64,000 nucleotides of DNA from Podarcis bocagei (Eukaryota). Every line of letters starts with the position of its first letter. The stretch's first letter is position 1. The stretch lies in assembly GCA_964188305.1 (NCBI GenBank), contig OZ076886.1; one strand, given 5' to 3'. Positions 13,287 to 24,927 of the stretch are shown piece by piece. The notes under the pieces are model-generated. The model was not told where the DNA came from, searched no databases, and saw only the letters and a list, made by a program, of their open reading frames with translations. A program made the translations under genes and the position numbers.

Positions 13287-13358
13287 TTTCAGAAGCATAA
13301 TTATGATCTTCAAGCAACCAAAAATAAGTTACTGGAGGCTGCCAATTATGTAGATAAG
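13287..13358 (+). CDS. ADAM19: ADAM19 exon 8, FQKHNYDLQATKNKLLEAANYVDK
   Basis: Acceptor ccccag, donor gtgaga; 72 nt. Confidence 0.95.
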
Positions 13359-13854
13359 GTGAGACCAAATAGCTACGTTTTATGAGAAAACTGCTTTTAT
13401 TTTTTCAAAGAAAGATGCCAAATGCTAAGGACTTAACTACATGCTTATAAGTGAATATTCGCTTTTTAAAAAATGAGAAAAGAGTTTGGGGAGTTTCATT
13501 TGTTGTTAAAAAAAAATGGTGTGTGTGGGGGGGAAGGGTTAACTTTCACCCCTCCCATCATTCCAACTTTCATCCCAAGGTCGCTGTTCTCCTGTGAAGT
13601 TCCAAATGTGTATTTGAATAATTTTAGTAGTAGCTTTAAGAAAGATATGAAACTTAAGATAAACCAATAATTAGTTAATTTAAGATAAAAGTGTGTATTG
13701 GCCACAAATAATATATAAATGAAATAAGGAATGGACGGGAGGTTGGGTCTATAGTCTAAGGAGCACTTTTTGCTTTATTGATTTGTAATTAATATTGTCT
13801 TTGTTACTGTTTTGTTTGTGTTCTTGTTTTGTTTTTCCCTTTTTTGGTGTATCA

Positions 13855-13899
<45 letters not shown>
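13855..13899. repeat. (AAT)15 microsatellite
   Basis: Direct reading. Confidence 0.98.
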
Positions 13900-13901
<2 letters not shown>

Positions 13902-14304
13902 AAATGTGTATTTCAGAGGACAAATTTGTTGTATGGGGGAAAGCCACTGCAGGAGACATTTGAAGGAGAAAAATGATTGGCATGTGAAAAGATTAAGAAC
14001 CTAACCCTATGCTGTTTTTTTCTTTACATCCCCTCTCCTCCCAACTGCTTTTCCAAATATTTAAGCAATCAGTGGCAAATTCTGAGCATTTGCATGCAAT
14101 GTCTAGTACAGCTTTAAGAATCACAAAGAATTCAGTTCCAACTTTTGCTGCATGTTTTATGTACATTTATTTCCCAAGGAGAGCTAGGTAAGGAAGAATG
14201 CGGTGTACTGTCTTTTAGGAAGATGTAACTCACATTGGAGCTATAATATGGTAGAAACAGAGGCATGTGATTAACTCCAGCTCTTCTTTTCTCCAACCTC
14301 TTAG

Positions 14305-14471
14305 TTTTACAAATCTCTGAACATACGAGTTGCTCTGGTTGGGCTTGAGGTTTGGAATGACCACAATAAGTGTGACATCTCTGAGAACCCACATTCGACC
14401 CTGTGGTCTTTTCTTGCTTGGAGGCGTAAGCTGCTTATGTACAAAAAGCACGACAATGCCCAGCTAATCAC
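14305..14471 (+). CDS. ADAM19: ADAM19 exon 9, FYKSLNIRVALVGLEVW...HDNAQLIT
   Basis: Acceptor ctcttag, donor gtaagt; 167 nt; translated by hand; reprolysin motifs LVGLEVW and HDNAQLIT. Confidence 0.95.
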
Positions 14472-14941
14472 GTAAGTTGTTTTTATAGGAATAATATGAC
14501 CGCTGCTCCAAGTTCTCTAGTTACTAAATGTGAACTGGTACTGTTCTATGGAACTGTGTTGATACTAGTCACACTTTGGCTGTGTGCCCCCCTCCCTGGT
14601 ATAAAGGACCAAATGCAGATCCTGTTTCAAAAATACCTGCAACAACTTTCATGTCTTGCCAACCCCTTCTGTAGAAGATTTGCATTGGTTCGTATTGACT
14701 TACCTTGCAAGCTGCAAGGTAAAGGTAAAGGGACCCCTGACCATTAGGTCCAGTCATGACCGACTCTGGGGTTGCGGTGCTCATCTTGCTTTACTGTCCG
14801 AGGGAGCCGGCATTTGTCCACAGACAGCTTCTGGGTCATGTGGCCAGCATGACGAAGCCACTTCTGGCAAACCAGAGCAGCTCACGGAAACACCGTTTAC
14901 CTTCCCGCCAGAGTAGTACCTATTTATCTACTTGCACTTTG

Positions 14942-16798
14942 TTTTGTTTTTTTAATAAATTTTTATTAGGTTTTCACATTTTACATTGACATCACAAACA
15001 CACAAAGACAAAGACAAACATGCATAGTTTCAAATCCTTGCTTTCTTAACCACATTCTCTGACTTCCCCGCGCCACCCCTTCATACATCCTAATTCCAAT
15101 AGTTGGCTCAGCAAGTTCTTACTTTCATCTTCAAAATATTATTATAGTCCTTTTTTTAACTTAGTTCTTCTTAATTAACCAATTTTAACTTATACATCAA
15201 TTATAATCTTAACATCTTTTCCTAAGGTCGACCTAAGTTCCCTTCCACAAATTTCCCAATTTTAAGTATTAGTTACTAAACACACTAAAGTTAAATATCA
15301 TAAAATTCTCCTCCTTTTGGATTCAGAAGCTCTCACCCTCCCTCTTTCCCAGTTTCGATCCCCAAAAGATGTCCACAATATCAGTTCTTAGCCTGGATTT
15401 CTCACGTCCGAGGCCTTCAAGTCCCCATCAGTCCCTCTCCGCCGATTTTGTTGGTAGTCCTTTATGTTGGTCATCGGGTCTCGAAGGAGCTCTTTCCCAA
15501 TAGGATGCAAGTTTCTTCCAACCAGTCCTCCATATTCCAAAAGGGAGCCCCAATCGTATTTCTTGCTTCTTTTAAGTCCCAGTGTTCCAAATGTCCCAAA
15601 GGCTTCCCCTTTCATCTTGAACAAATTTGCCATCCGTAATTCTTCCAATCCCCCCATAAAGGGATCACTCCCTACTTCATACTCAATTTCAGTCCAAATT
15701 CTCATAATCCAAATCTTATTTTCTTTGTAATCCACAATTTCCTTGTTTTCTTTGTATTCCACAATTGTAGGCTTCTGGTTGGCCCTTTCCACCAGCAATA
15801 TTTCCGCTCCTCCTTCTCTCTCCTCTAGTCCTGAAAATATCTCTTCTGATTCAGCTGCAGAGTTGTTTTTTTGTCAAGTCCTTAACACAGTCAGCAGGAT
15901 TATTTACTTTAGCATTCAAGGTCACAAGTTTTGTAGCCATAGCTGTGTTCTGGTCTTGTAGCATTCCCACGAGAAAGAACATTTTTTCTAACTCTGCTTG
16001 TCATTTTCCATCTGCAGCCATTGTAATGTCTCAGAATCCCCCCTAGAGGGATTCTGGTTACTTAGTATTCCTTCTCCAACAGTCAGTAACTTTATTTATT
16101 TATTTCTTCTTTGTTTCCAACAACTTAAGATCAAATGTAACTCATTCAGTCTCAAAGATAGTAAATAACCGATTTTTCTAGCTTTAAAAGCTCGTTTGAC
16201 AGCTCCTTTGACAGCTGTCAAACTCCTTGCGTCTCCTCAAGAGCCTCACTCACGGATCGCTCCCGGATCCGGGGGGGGGGGTTTCACATCAACTTCTAAA
16301 ATTCCGTTCTCATCCTCCAGCACAAAGCTTCTAATGCCAATCGTGAAATTAATAACTTTTGACTCACGAAGAGATATGTAGTCCACCTTAGTTGTCCAAT
16401 TCTTGCTTTAAGTATCTGCAGAAAGGGGGAGCGGACTTCCTTTTAGCACTCCCCCGATCGTTCCAAATTCACGAAAAAAGAGATTTTTAAATCCAAATTC
16501 CTTACTACTCACGGGTAGTAGTCCGGCCATGGCTCGTGGCTTCACTCCACTGTGAGCAGTCTACTCACAGCACCGCGCCGCTCTCCGCACCCTCTCCAAA
16601 GCCTTTAAAAAGGCTTCTTTGTGGGTTGGGGGGGCTCAAATGGTGCCCGCCGAGTCACCAAGTCCACAGGCTTGCGCGCCTGTGGTTTCTGAGGGTCCCC
16701 GCGTCGCCGCCGCGGCAGGACCCGTCCTCAGTAGAGCCGATTCCCTCCGGAGCTCAGAGGGAATCCGCCATTGACCGATCGCGCTAACCCGGAAGTCC
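14942..16798 (-). mobile_element. 1857-bp non-autonomous L1-type (HAL1-like) retroelement
   Basis: 17-bp TSD tatctacttgcactttg (14925-14941, 16799-16815); 5' end GGACTTCCGG...ATGGCGG with CpG-rich UTR; AATAAA plus A-tail; one decayed ORF, no RT. Confidence 0.8.
15388..16021 (-). pseudogene. decayed ORF (~210 codons), possibly L1 ORF1-derived
   Basis: MAADGK*QAELEKMFFLVGMLQDQNTAMATKLVTLNAKVN..., then a frameshift in an A-run (~15866-15872) into track ORF 15388-15798 ending DVRNPG*. Confidence 0.5.
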
Positions 16799-17337
16799 TA
16801 TCTACTTGCACTTTGATGTTCTTTTGAACTGCTAGGTTGGCAGGAGCAGGGACCGAGCAACGGGAGCTCACCCTGGCACGGGGATTCGAACCGCCGACCT
16901 TCCGATCGGCAAGCCCTAGGTTCTGTGGTTTAACCCACAGTGCCACCCGCGTCTGTAATGCAAGCTGCAAGCTTAGGCTTAATTTCCAGATTTGCCTCTA
17001 AAATGTAACTGCATTCCCAAAACCAATTTAAAAGGCTGTGGTTTGTGTGAATCCTTTAATGTTTGCAGTGTTTAATGAACCACTGGAATCATTGCTGCTT
17101 TTTGGAACGGTGCTGGGGTATAGCAGGGTGGTAGTGAGATCAGGGCAGAGTGGGAACACCTACTGTATGTGGTGACCCTACCAGAGCACTGCACAGCCCC
17201 AACCTCGCTGCCACCCAGCCCTGTCTAGGTTTGCTTGCAGTGATGGCAGTGGAGAAAGGGCAGCACAGACTCCTATGGAATGCTGGGCACTTTGACAAGC
17301 AGCTCTTCTCTGCAACGTCTCTCCAAATCTGTTTCAG

Positions 17338-17422
17338 TGGGATGTCCTTCCACGGTACTACAATTGGCTTAGCCCCCTTGATGGCCATGTGTTCTGTCTA
17401 CCAGTCTGGAGGAGTGAATATG
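17338..17422 (+). CDS. ADAM19: ADAM19 exon 10, GMSFHGTTIGLAPLMAMCSVYQSGGVNM
   Basis: Acceptor gtttcag, donor gtaagc; 85 nt; matches recalled human ADAM19 segment. Confidence 0.97.
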
Positions 17423-18507
17423 GTAAGCTTCATAAACTTGAGAAAGAACACAACCCTCCAGGAAGTTGCTGTGCACAAGATCTGGTGAAATGAGTAGCAG
17501 CACAGCATCCCACACTTCCACTGGATACTTCCCGTATTGTTTTGTGCCTGATGAAACCACCATCCAGAGAATGCTAGGTCACAAGTTAACATTGCTTGGT
17601 GGTAATTCAGGAGACTACCCCTTGCCCCAAGAGCACTCCTTGAGATGACATGTGACCCTATCACAGATTCCTGTGATCATCGTCCCAGTAAACTAGATTT
17701 GCAGTTTTATGTACACTTACCTGGGAGTACCACTGAGCACGGTGAAATTTATTTCTGAGTAGATATGCATGGGATCTTAGCTTAAACCATATATGGGGCA
17801 CATGTTATCTTCCAGCTGCTGTTGGACTCCAGTTCTCAGGGCATCCCTAAGAGGGCTTGTGGCAAATGACATTGTCTGCACCCACCCCTCACCCACAATT
17901 CCTTCATCTTCTCCCTGCTTATGCCGCCCATCCTCTTAATTGTGATGGCAGTGGCACCCCTTTCCCCACCTCACTTCTTGTTTTGTCTTCTGCTGCTGCA
18001 GCAGCAGCTGCCCCTCTGTCCCCCTGGTTTACATTCCCCTGCTTTTTCTGCCACTTTAGTGCCACCAAGGCCCTCTGCTCCCAACCTGCCTTGCTATAGG
18101 AACGAAGGAGGTGAAGAGTCTCACTGGGTGGATGGAAGGCAGCAGGGTTGTTGGTACCTAGTACCTATCAGAGTGTGGAGCCTGGGATGGTTCCTCCAGT
18201 TTGCCCCCTTCCCAAGGATGTTGCCCTGCCAACTCCGGTCATCCCTGTCCAGGATATGCTGAAATGGTGGGAGTTGGGAGTCCCAACAGCAACTGGAGGG
18301 GCACAGGTTCCTGATATCTGGCTTGAGTCTGAGGGTAGTTCTTCCCAGGAATGTTGCACAGCTGAGGAAGAGGAGAGCATCTTCCACCCATGCTACACTG
18401 GGCGTTTTGATGGACAGGCCCGTCTCCTGAGCCAGATAATACATATTACTGTTCATAATGTGCTGCATGGTATACTGACTCTCACCTTTGATTCCTTGCC
18501 TGGGCAG

Positions 18508-18647
18508 GATCACTCTGAAAATGCCATTGGAGTTGCTGCCACCATGGCCCATGAGATGGGCCATAACTTTGGCATGAGCCACGATGCGGCTGGCTGCTGT
18601 ATGGCCAGCGCTAGAGATGGAGGTTGCATCATGGCTGCTGCGACAGG
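18508..18647 (+). CDS. ADAM19: ADAM19 exon 11, zinc-binding [12 protein letters not shown] (18550-18585) and Met-turn CIM
   Basis: Acceptor gggcag, donor gtgagg; 140 nt; intact metzincin HExxHxxGxxHD. Confidence 0.97.
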
Positions 18648-19296
18648 GTGAGGTGGCTCTTCTCATTGTTTGGTAAAAACATGCTACGAACTGGGTTGCA
18701 TAAGAGTGCTTTCCTTTATTTGCAACTGGTTTGAGGAAGGAGCTTTAATCTGAATTATAACTTGATCAAGGACTCATCCACACTTCTGAGAGGTTTTCTG
18801 CTTGCTCTGTGCTTTCTAGCCATGAGCCAAAGTGGTTTTCTGTTTGCCCCACCACTTTCCTGCTGAATCAGAACAAACATCAATCCACGGAAAACCTGAT
18901 TGGTGTTTGCTCCGATTCAGCATTAAAGAGCCAGTTTTTCTGGGGGAAAGCAACAAGACAGATGGAACAGTGAACAAGCCCAAATATAAATCTACCCACC
19001 ATGTTTTTCACTCTCTCAGAGGTCAGGAAAGTTCTAACACTCTAGCACTTAAAGTTCAGTGATAAAATGAAACAGCACTCCCCGCCCCCCGAATATTTGG
19101 TACAGGACGGATTCCTGCTTAAACGCAAAAAGGGCAATTCTGTTGTGCCTGCCTTTCACTTGACACAGTAATAATATACTGATAGGGAAAGGAAGCATTG
19201 TTCTCTGGTGGTTTCTAGTAACAAAATATTTTCTTGTGTCACTGTAATGCATTCCTTCACAATCCATTCAAAACAATGTGCCCTCCTTGCTTGCAG

Positions 19297-19474
19297 GGAC
19301 CCATTCCCCAGGGTATTCAACAGATGCAATATGAAGGAGCTGGACAGGTACTTGCAGTCTGGTGGAGGGATGTGTCTTTACAATATGCCAGATACCAAGA
19401 CCTTATACGGAGGACAGAGATGCGGAAATGGCTACCTGGAGGAAGGGGAGGAGTGTGATTGTGGAGAAGAAGAG
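19297..19474 (+). CDS. ADAM19: ADAM19 exon 12, DPFPRVFNRCN...CGNGYLEEGEECDCGEEE
   Basis: Acceptor ttgcag, donor gtaact; 178 nt; start of disintegrin domain (EECDCG). Confidence 0.97.
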
Positions 19475-19977
19475 GTAACTCTCGTTGGACTTATTTCATG
19501 ATCAAAGGGGTCACTGGCACGACTTTCTCTTATCCATGTTACAACAACTTTTAAAAACTAAAACATCGGCTTCAACATAAGCAGAGAAAATGGAATTATG
19601 TTACAGTGACATATCAGCAACACAAACATTCTCTGTAAACCTGGAATAGTTCTGCCTCTGTCCCACTCCCACCCCCATAGAATGATTACTGCGCTGTTTG
19701 TAATTCCAAATCCCCTTTGCAACTAAAGAACCAAGAGTCTTGTGGCATCTGGAAGACAATTTTTCTTGTGAGAAAAGCACAAAACTAGACTAGATGCACA
19801 ATCTCATGGGAAGCGATTCAGCAATGAAATAAATGAATGGCAATGATAATAAGGATAACATTCTGATCCAAATTTATGTGAGAATTGCTGCAGTTTGATA
19901 ATTCTGGCAGCTCCCAAGCACATCATGGAGGTAGTGATACAGTTAGAAATGTGCTTGGAGCTCACTCCAGATTAATT

Positions 19978-20170
19978 AAAATAAAAAAATTCCTTCCAGT
20001 AGCACCTTAAAGACCAACTAAGTTAGTTCTTGGTATGAGCTTTCGTGTGCATGCACACTTCTTCTGAAGAAAGCTCATACCAAGAACTAACTTAGTTGGT
20101 CTTTAAGGTGCTACTGGAAGGAATTTTTTTTATTTTGACTATGGCAGACCAACACGGCTACCTATCTGTG
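19978..20170. mobile_element. Penelope-like element terminal fragment forming a palindrome
   Basis: 62-bp perfect inverted arms (19983-20044, 20069-20130); end gactatggcagaccaacacggctacc; TSD tccagattaatt (19966-19977, 20171-20182). Confidence 0.8.
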
Positions 20171-20325
20171 TCCAGATTAATTGTTGTGTGTGTGGTTTAA
20201 AGACCAATTGCACATGTAGTTACAACCTTACAACCTGCCCTGGAAAGCAGCCCAATCCTCCCTGGTGTTTTTTTGTCTGCCCTGTAAACACAGCACGTGT
20301 CTTGTTTCTTCCTCCTCTCCCTTAG

Positions 20326-20415
20326 GAATGTAATAATCCTTGTTGCAATGCCTCTAATTGCTCTCTGAAGCCTGGTGCTGAGTGTGCCCATGGAACTTGC
20401 TGTCACCTCTGCAAG
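20326..20415 (+). CDS. ADAM19: ADAM19 exon 13, [30 protein letters not shown]
   Basis: Acceptor cccttag, donor gtgggg; 90 nt; disintegrin cysteine pattern. Confidence 0.95.
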
Positions 20416-21547
20416 GTGGGGTTACTTGGTTCCTCTCTGTACAGCACAACAAATAAAGGTTTGCTTTTCTGTTTATAGGACAATAACTGAGAAGGAGAGG
20501 GAGGGAGACTGTGACCTTGTTCTGTCTGGGGCTGGTTTGCATGTTAGATACACACTTCTTTTAGGAAACCCAGGTAAAAAAGTACTCCACTTTAAATGGA
20601 AGAACACATGCATAGCACTTTCAATGGTAAACTGGGCACAGGGGTTAAAATATGTGGCTTTCCTTATAGTAAACACAGAAACAGCAAACCAAGTGATCAA
20701 GCCCCACTTTTGCAGTCACTGCAGGGGAGACCTGGTCATTTAAATATGCACAAACTGCTCACTTTTGACAATGCCACAAGTGTATTTTGCTAGCATCAGG
20801 CTGGATTTTTATTGAAATGCCTTCTGTTACTGCTGGACAGAAATCTACAAGTGTCTGTGTGCCTAGGCCAGACTGTGAAAAAGCCACCTATTTTCTTGGC
20901 TTGTGGGAAACCTACTCCTCAGCCCCAGCCCCCAGCCCCCACCCCGCCAGCTGTTTTGGCTTATACTGGTGCCGCCTTGTGATTATGGGAAATAGCAACT
21001 GCAAGTGGATGGCTTGTCTTTCAAAGCAGGCAACTGGCTGGTGTGGGGCCTCCCTGCTCGATTCTATTACCAGTTATTGATATTTCTTTTTCTGCGCTGC
21101 GGGCGCCTCAATGCTAGGGAGACAAAACATGTACTTGGGCACACAGAGGCTGTTTTCCAGGGGGATTAAACTGCCTTGTATCTCACTTAATAGCTTTCTG
21201 TTCTGCTTTACACTACCCAAATTCCTTTGCCAGCCAACTGACTGATAAAACTGTAGCGGTAGGCTCGGGTGGGGTGCAGATGCCTGTGTCTCATTTTACG
21301 TCTCAGTTTTCCTAGGCAAGTGTAGTTAAAACAGTCTTGGTATGTTAACTGCTTCCATGCTCCTCTCCAAATGCCAACTTCCATTAGAATCAGGTGCCTG
21401 GTGCAACCCAGTCAGATGGGCGGCACATCATCATCATCATCACCATTGCACATGTTGGCTCTGTTTGTGGCCAATTTATCAGGTCCAGTCGTTCTCCAAG
21501 CAAGTTCCATCTTTTTGCAGACAACTGCAACATTTTAATCCTCTCCA

Positions 21548-21679
21548 TCAGTTTCAGGGAATTCTTTGTCTTCCAGATGTTGCTGAACTACAACTCCCAT
21601 CAGCCACAGCCAGCATGGCCAGGGATGATGGGAGTTGGAATCCATCAGCATCTGGAATGCCAAAGGTTCCCTACACCTG
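21548..21679. mobile_element. degenerate hAT-type palindromic MITE
   Basis: ccagatgttgctgaactacaactcccatca ... tgatgggagttg ... catctgg. Confidence 0.6.
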
Positions 21680-22140
21680 CTCTACATGGTGTCAGCTGCC
21701 TACAAGGCTGACAATCACTGCACTTTAAAGCAGTCACCGTAGCCCTGATGATGGTGAGAAGCAGCTGTTAGTCCTTCAGAGTTCTGCACACAAGATTCAT
21801 TGTGTTTTGTGTGAGCACGGATACTTCTCTTCCGCCCTGTCATTGCGCTGAAACTTTATGTTGTGCCAGCAGTATATTCCAGGCACCGTGCAGAACACAG
21901 ACATAGGCTGCTCCCTGCCCTTCCCATCTAACCTGGTGCTGTCTACTCTGGCTAGTAACAGAAGCTCCTCAGTGGCCTTTACCAGCACTGCTGTCTGAGT
22001 GAGATCTTTTAAAAAATGGAGATGTTGGGGATCGAACCTATGACATTAAGGACAAACAAGGGTGTAGCATCTGAGCAGGGTGGGGCAATGTCCAGAAGCC
22101 ACCCTCATGTCACTGCTGCTGCTGACCAATACAGTGTGGT

Positions 22141-22399
22141 GAGAGCCAGTGTGGTGTAGTGGTTAAGAGCGGTAGTCACGTAATCTGGGTAACCGGGTTC
22201 GCGTCTCCGCTCCTCCACATGCAGCTGCTGGGTGACCTTGGGCCAGTCACACTTCTTTGAAGTCTCTCAGCCCCACTCACCTCACAGAGTGTTTGTTGTG
22301 GGGGAGGAAGGGAAAGGAGATTGTTAGCCGCTTTGAGACTCCTGAAGGGGAGTGAAAGGCGGGATATCAAATCCAAACTCTTCTTCTTCTTCTTCTTCT
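22141..22399 (+). mobile_element. Squam3-type SINE
   Basis: Head gagagccagtgtggtgtagtggttaagagc; (CTT)n tail. Confidence 0.85.
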
Positions 22400-22608
22400 G
22401 TGCCCACAAGGTTGAGGGACTGCCGGATTGATGGAATAGGTACACCAATGCATACCTATTCAAACTGGTATTCTATAAAATCATGAACATTTTAGAAGAT
22501 GTGGGAAACCTACAGGCAGAAAGATGAACCTGTTCACTTAAGTCACCAGGTGTGCTTACCTGAGTTTTACCCTGGAGCAACTCTTTTAATTGTTTCCTCT
22601 TTCTTTAG

Positions 22609-22804
22609 TTGATTTCACCGGGGACTCTTTGCCGGGAACAAGCCAGACCTTGTGACCTGCCAGAATACTGTACAGGCAAATCCCCGTTCTGCCCTGCAAA
22701 CTTCTACCAACTGGATGGCACTCCTTGCGCGAATGGCAGGGCGTATTGCTACAGCGGAATGTGCCTCACGTACGAACAGCAGTGCTTGCAGCTCTGGGGA
22801 TATG
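22609..22804 (+). CDS. ADAM19: ADAM19 exon 14, disintegrin loop [14 protein letters not shown] into Cys-rich domain
   Basis: Acceptor ttctttag, donor gtaagg; 196 nt. Confidence 0.97.
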
Positions 22805-23567
22805 GTAAGGAAGGACATGTGACTAAATGGGGTGGGGGGCTTTTCAAACAGCATGGGGTCTAGGGAAGGGAAGGAGCAAATTGTTCCCCTGCTGATATCC
22901 TGAGCTTGAGGGATGGAGCTGTACTAGGACAGAGGAGCAGGGAAAATGATAGATTGGGGAATGGACTTTACATCCATTGAGTCTGCTACCAGATACTGTG
23001 ACCAGATGCAACCATGACTTGTGGTGCTCTTAATAGTTAAGTAGAATGAATTTTAGCAGGAGCAGCTTCTCCTATCACAGTGCAGTAGGTTCAAGGGAAA
23101 TTGCATATGCTAAAATCCCTTCTGCTACACAGCCCTTGTCCCCTGTTGAATATGATCAACCTATTGGGTCCATACCTTTATTGTGGCTGGTAGCAGTCCA
23201 ACCAAATGGAACGAGGAAAACTATTCCTTTTACTCTACCAGTAATTTTCTATCCAGGTTGTCAAATATTGAATCTCCTGGTCTCTAAAAATTATGGAAGA
23301 CATTGCCTTTTAAATAAATATGGTTTTAGCAAACAATTTAATCTCGGCCCCCACTTTCCTATTTCTTGCCTATGATATTTTGAATGGTGGGGAATAGCTT
23401 TTTTAACTTTCTTCACAACCATGCAGAACAAAAAACCCTTCTTTAGAAGGAGTATGGAATTCTCATGATTCCACATACCAAGAAAAGTTGCTTCGTAAGC
23501 TACGTGTTGAGCACATTACACATATCTTACATTTCCACTGTTTGTAGCAATCCGCTGTCATGCTAAC

Positions 23568-23703
23568 CAGTTTTTCTCAAACTTGGGTCCTCAGCTGTTG
23601 TTGGACTACAACTCCCATCATGCCTAGCTAGCAGGATCGGTGGTCAGGGATGAAGGGAGTAGTAGTTCCACAACAGCTGGAGACCCAAGTTTGAGAAATG
23701 CTA
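23568..23703. mobile_element. palindromic hAT-type MITE
   Basis: tttctcaaacttgggtc ... gacccaagtttgagaaa; same family as 11791-11926. Confidence 0.75.
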
Positions 23704-23913
23704 TGCTAGTCTGAGCCACAGGGGGAGTGATATTGATGACTTATCTTGTATGCCTCGGTCTCTTAGTGTTGCTATTGGTTTTTTTGTTCTTTTCACCTGA
23801 AAACGACAGTAGAGAGTTCACATCTACTGCCATGGTAGAAAGTCGGTGGTTGGCAGATTTGGGTAAGCTACTATCTTCCACAGAAAGCAGTTACATGAAT
23901 CTCTTCCATGCAG

Positions 23914-24022
23914 GAGCAAGGCCAGCACCTGACATCTGCTTTGAGAGGGTTAATGCTGCTGGCGATTCCTATGGGAACTGTGGGAAGGATATCAATGGCC
24001 GATACAGGAAGTGCAACTTAAG
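23914..24022 (+). CDS. ADAM19: ADAM19 exon 15, ARPAPDICFERVNAAGDSYGNCGKDINGRYRKCNLR
   Basis: Acceptor catgcag, donor gtagaa; 109 nt. Confidence 0.95.
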
Positions 24023-24725
24023 GTAGAAAGCAGATCCAACTATTCTGGGTGGGATTGGTGTCCTTACAGGTTAAAGGCTTAAAAATAACCAGTTTTCTAT
24101 TGTAACTGGCTGAAGATGACTTCTGGTTTCTTAGGAATTTTGTTAGCAATATTCAGTTGCTTATATTTTAGTGAATGTTCATGCCATGTGAACGTAAACC
24201 ATTCTTTTGGGTCATACTTTTTCAAAATATCCTTCCGCTGGCTTTTCTGAGTGTGTGGTTTGCATCTGAAAAGAAAAGCAGCATGACTTGTGAGTAAGCC
24301 CCCAACCTACTGTGTGAAATGAACTGTGTGAGGTGCTCATTTGTGAACAAATCTGCTACTTAGAAAAGAGGCCCAGCTCGCCACCTCAGGTACTACTTAT
24401 TGATGGGTTGCCACCAATCTTTTAAGGAGGAGGCTTAGGTGATCCCTCATGAGAAACTCTAATGAGAAACTTTGTTTCTCAAAACCAAGCCTGACTCTAA
24501 GCATTGACTCCTTTGAGGGCGATCCCAAGAAAAAATCCAGGGAAAAGTTGATGCAAACACACCATTAGTTATGCCTAAGGAACATTAGCTCCTGGACCCA
24601 TAGAAAGTTCTCTGTCTCAAATTTGCTCATTTTGTAGGATGGAAATGATAGTTTCTTGAATGTGAAGAAAAGCTGACACTTTAGCCAGAATGCTCAGGTT
24701 CTCATGCACTATTTTCACTTTCCAG

Positions 24726-24927
24726 AGATGCTAAGTGTGGCAAGATACAGTGCCAAAGTTCTGCTTCCAAGCCTTTGGAGTCCAATGCTGTTGCAATTGA
24801 CACGACTATCACATTAGACGGAAGGAACATATTCTGTCGTGGAACTCATGTATACCGAAATGAAGACGAAGGTGACATGTTAGACCCGGGCCTTGTGATG
24901 GCAGGAACGAAGTGTGGTGACAGTCAT
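24726..24927 (+). CDS. ADAM19: ADAM19 exon 16, DAKCGKIQCQ...DPGLVMAGTKCGDSH
   Basis: Acceptor tttccag, donor gtaagt; 202 nt. Confidence 0.95.

Larger units (their letters stand above)
14719..16953 (-). mobile_element. Sauria SINE split by a nested insertion (halves 14719-14941 and 16799-16953)
   Basis: Halves are collinear with the SINE consensus; outer TSD tgcaagctgcaag at 14706-14718 and 16959-16971. Confidence 0.92.

Noticed and set aside
18121-18666. 120-codon in-frame extension upstream of exon 11, and a 181-aa antisense ORF
   Set aside because: The acceptor at 18507 joins exon 10 in phase; the extension has no ADAM similarity; the antisense ORF has no recognisable features.
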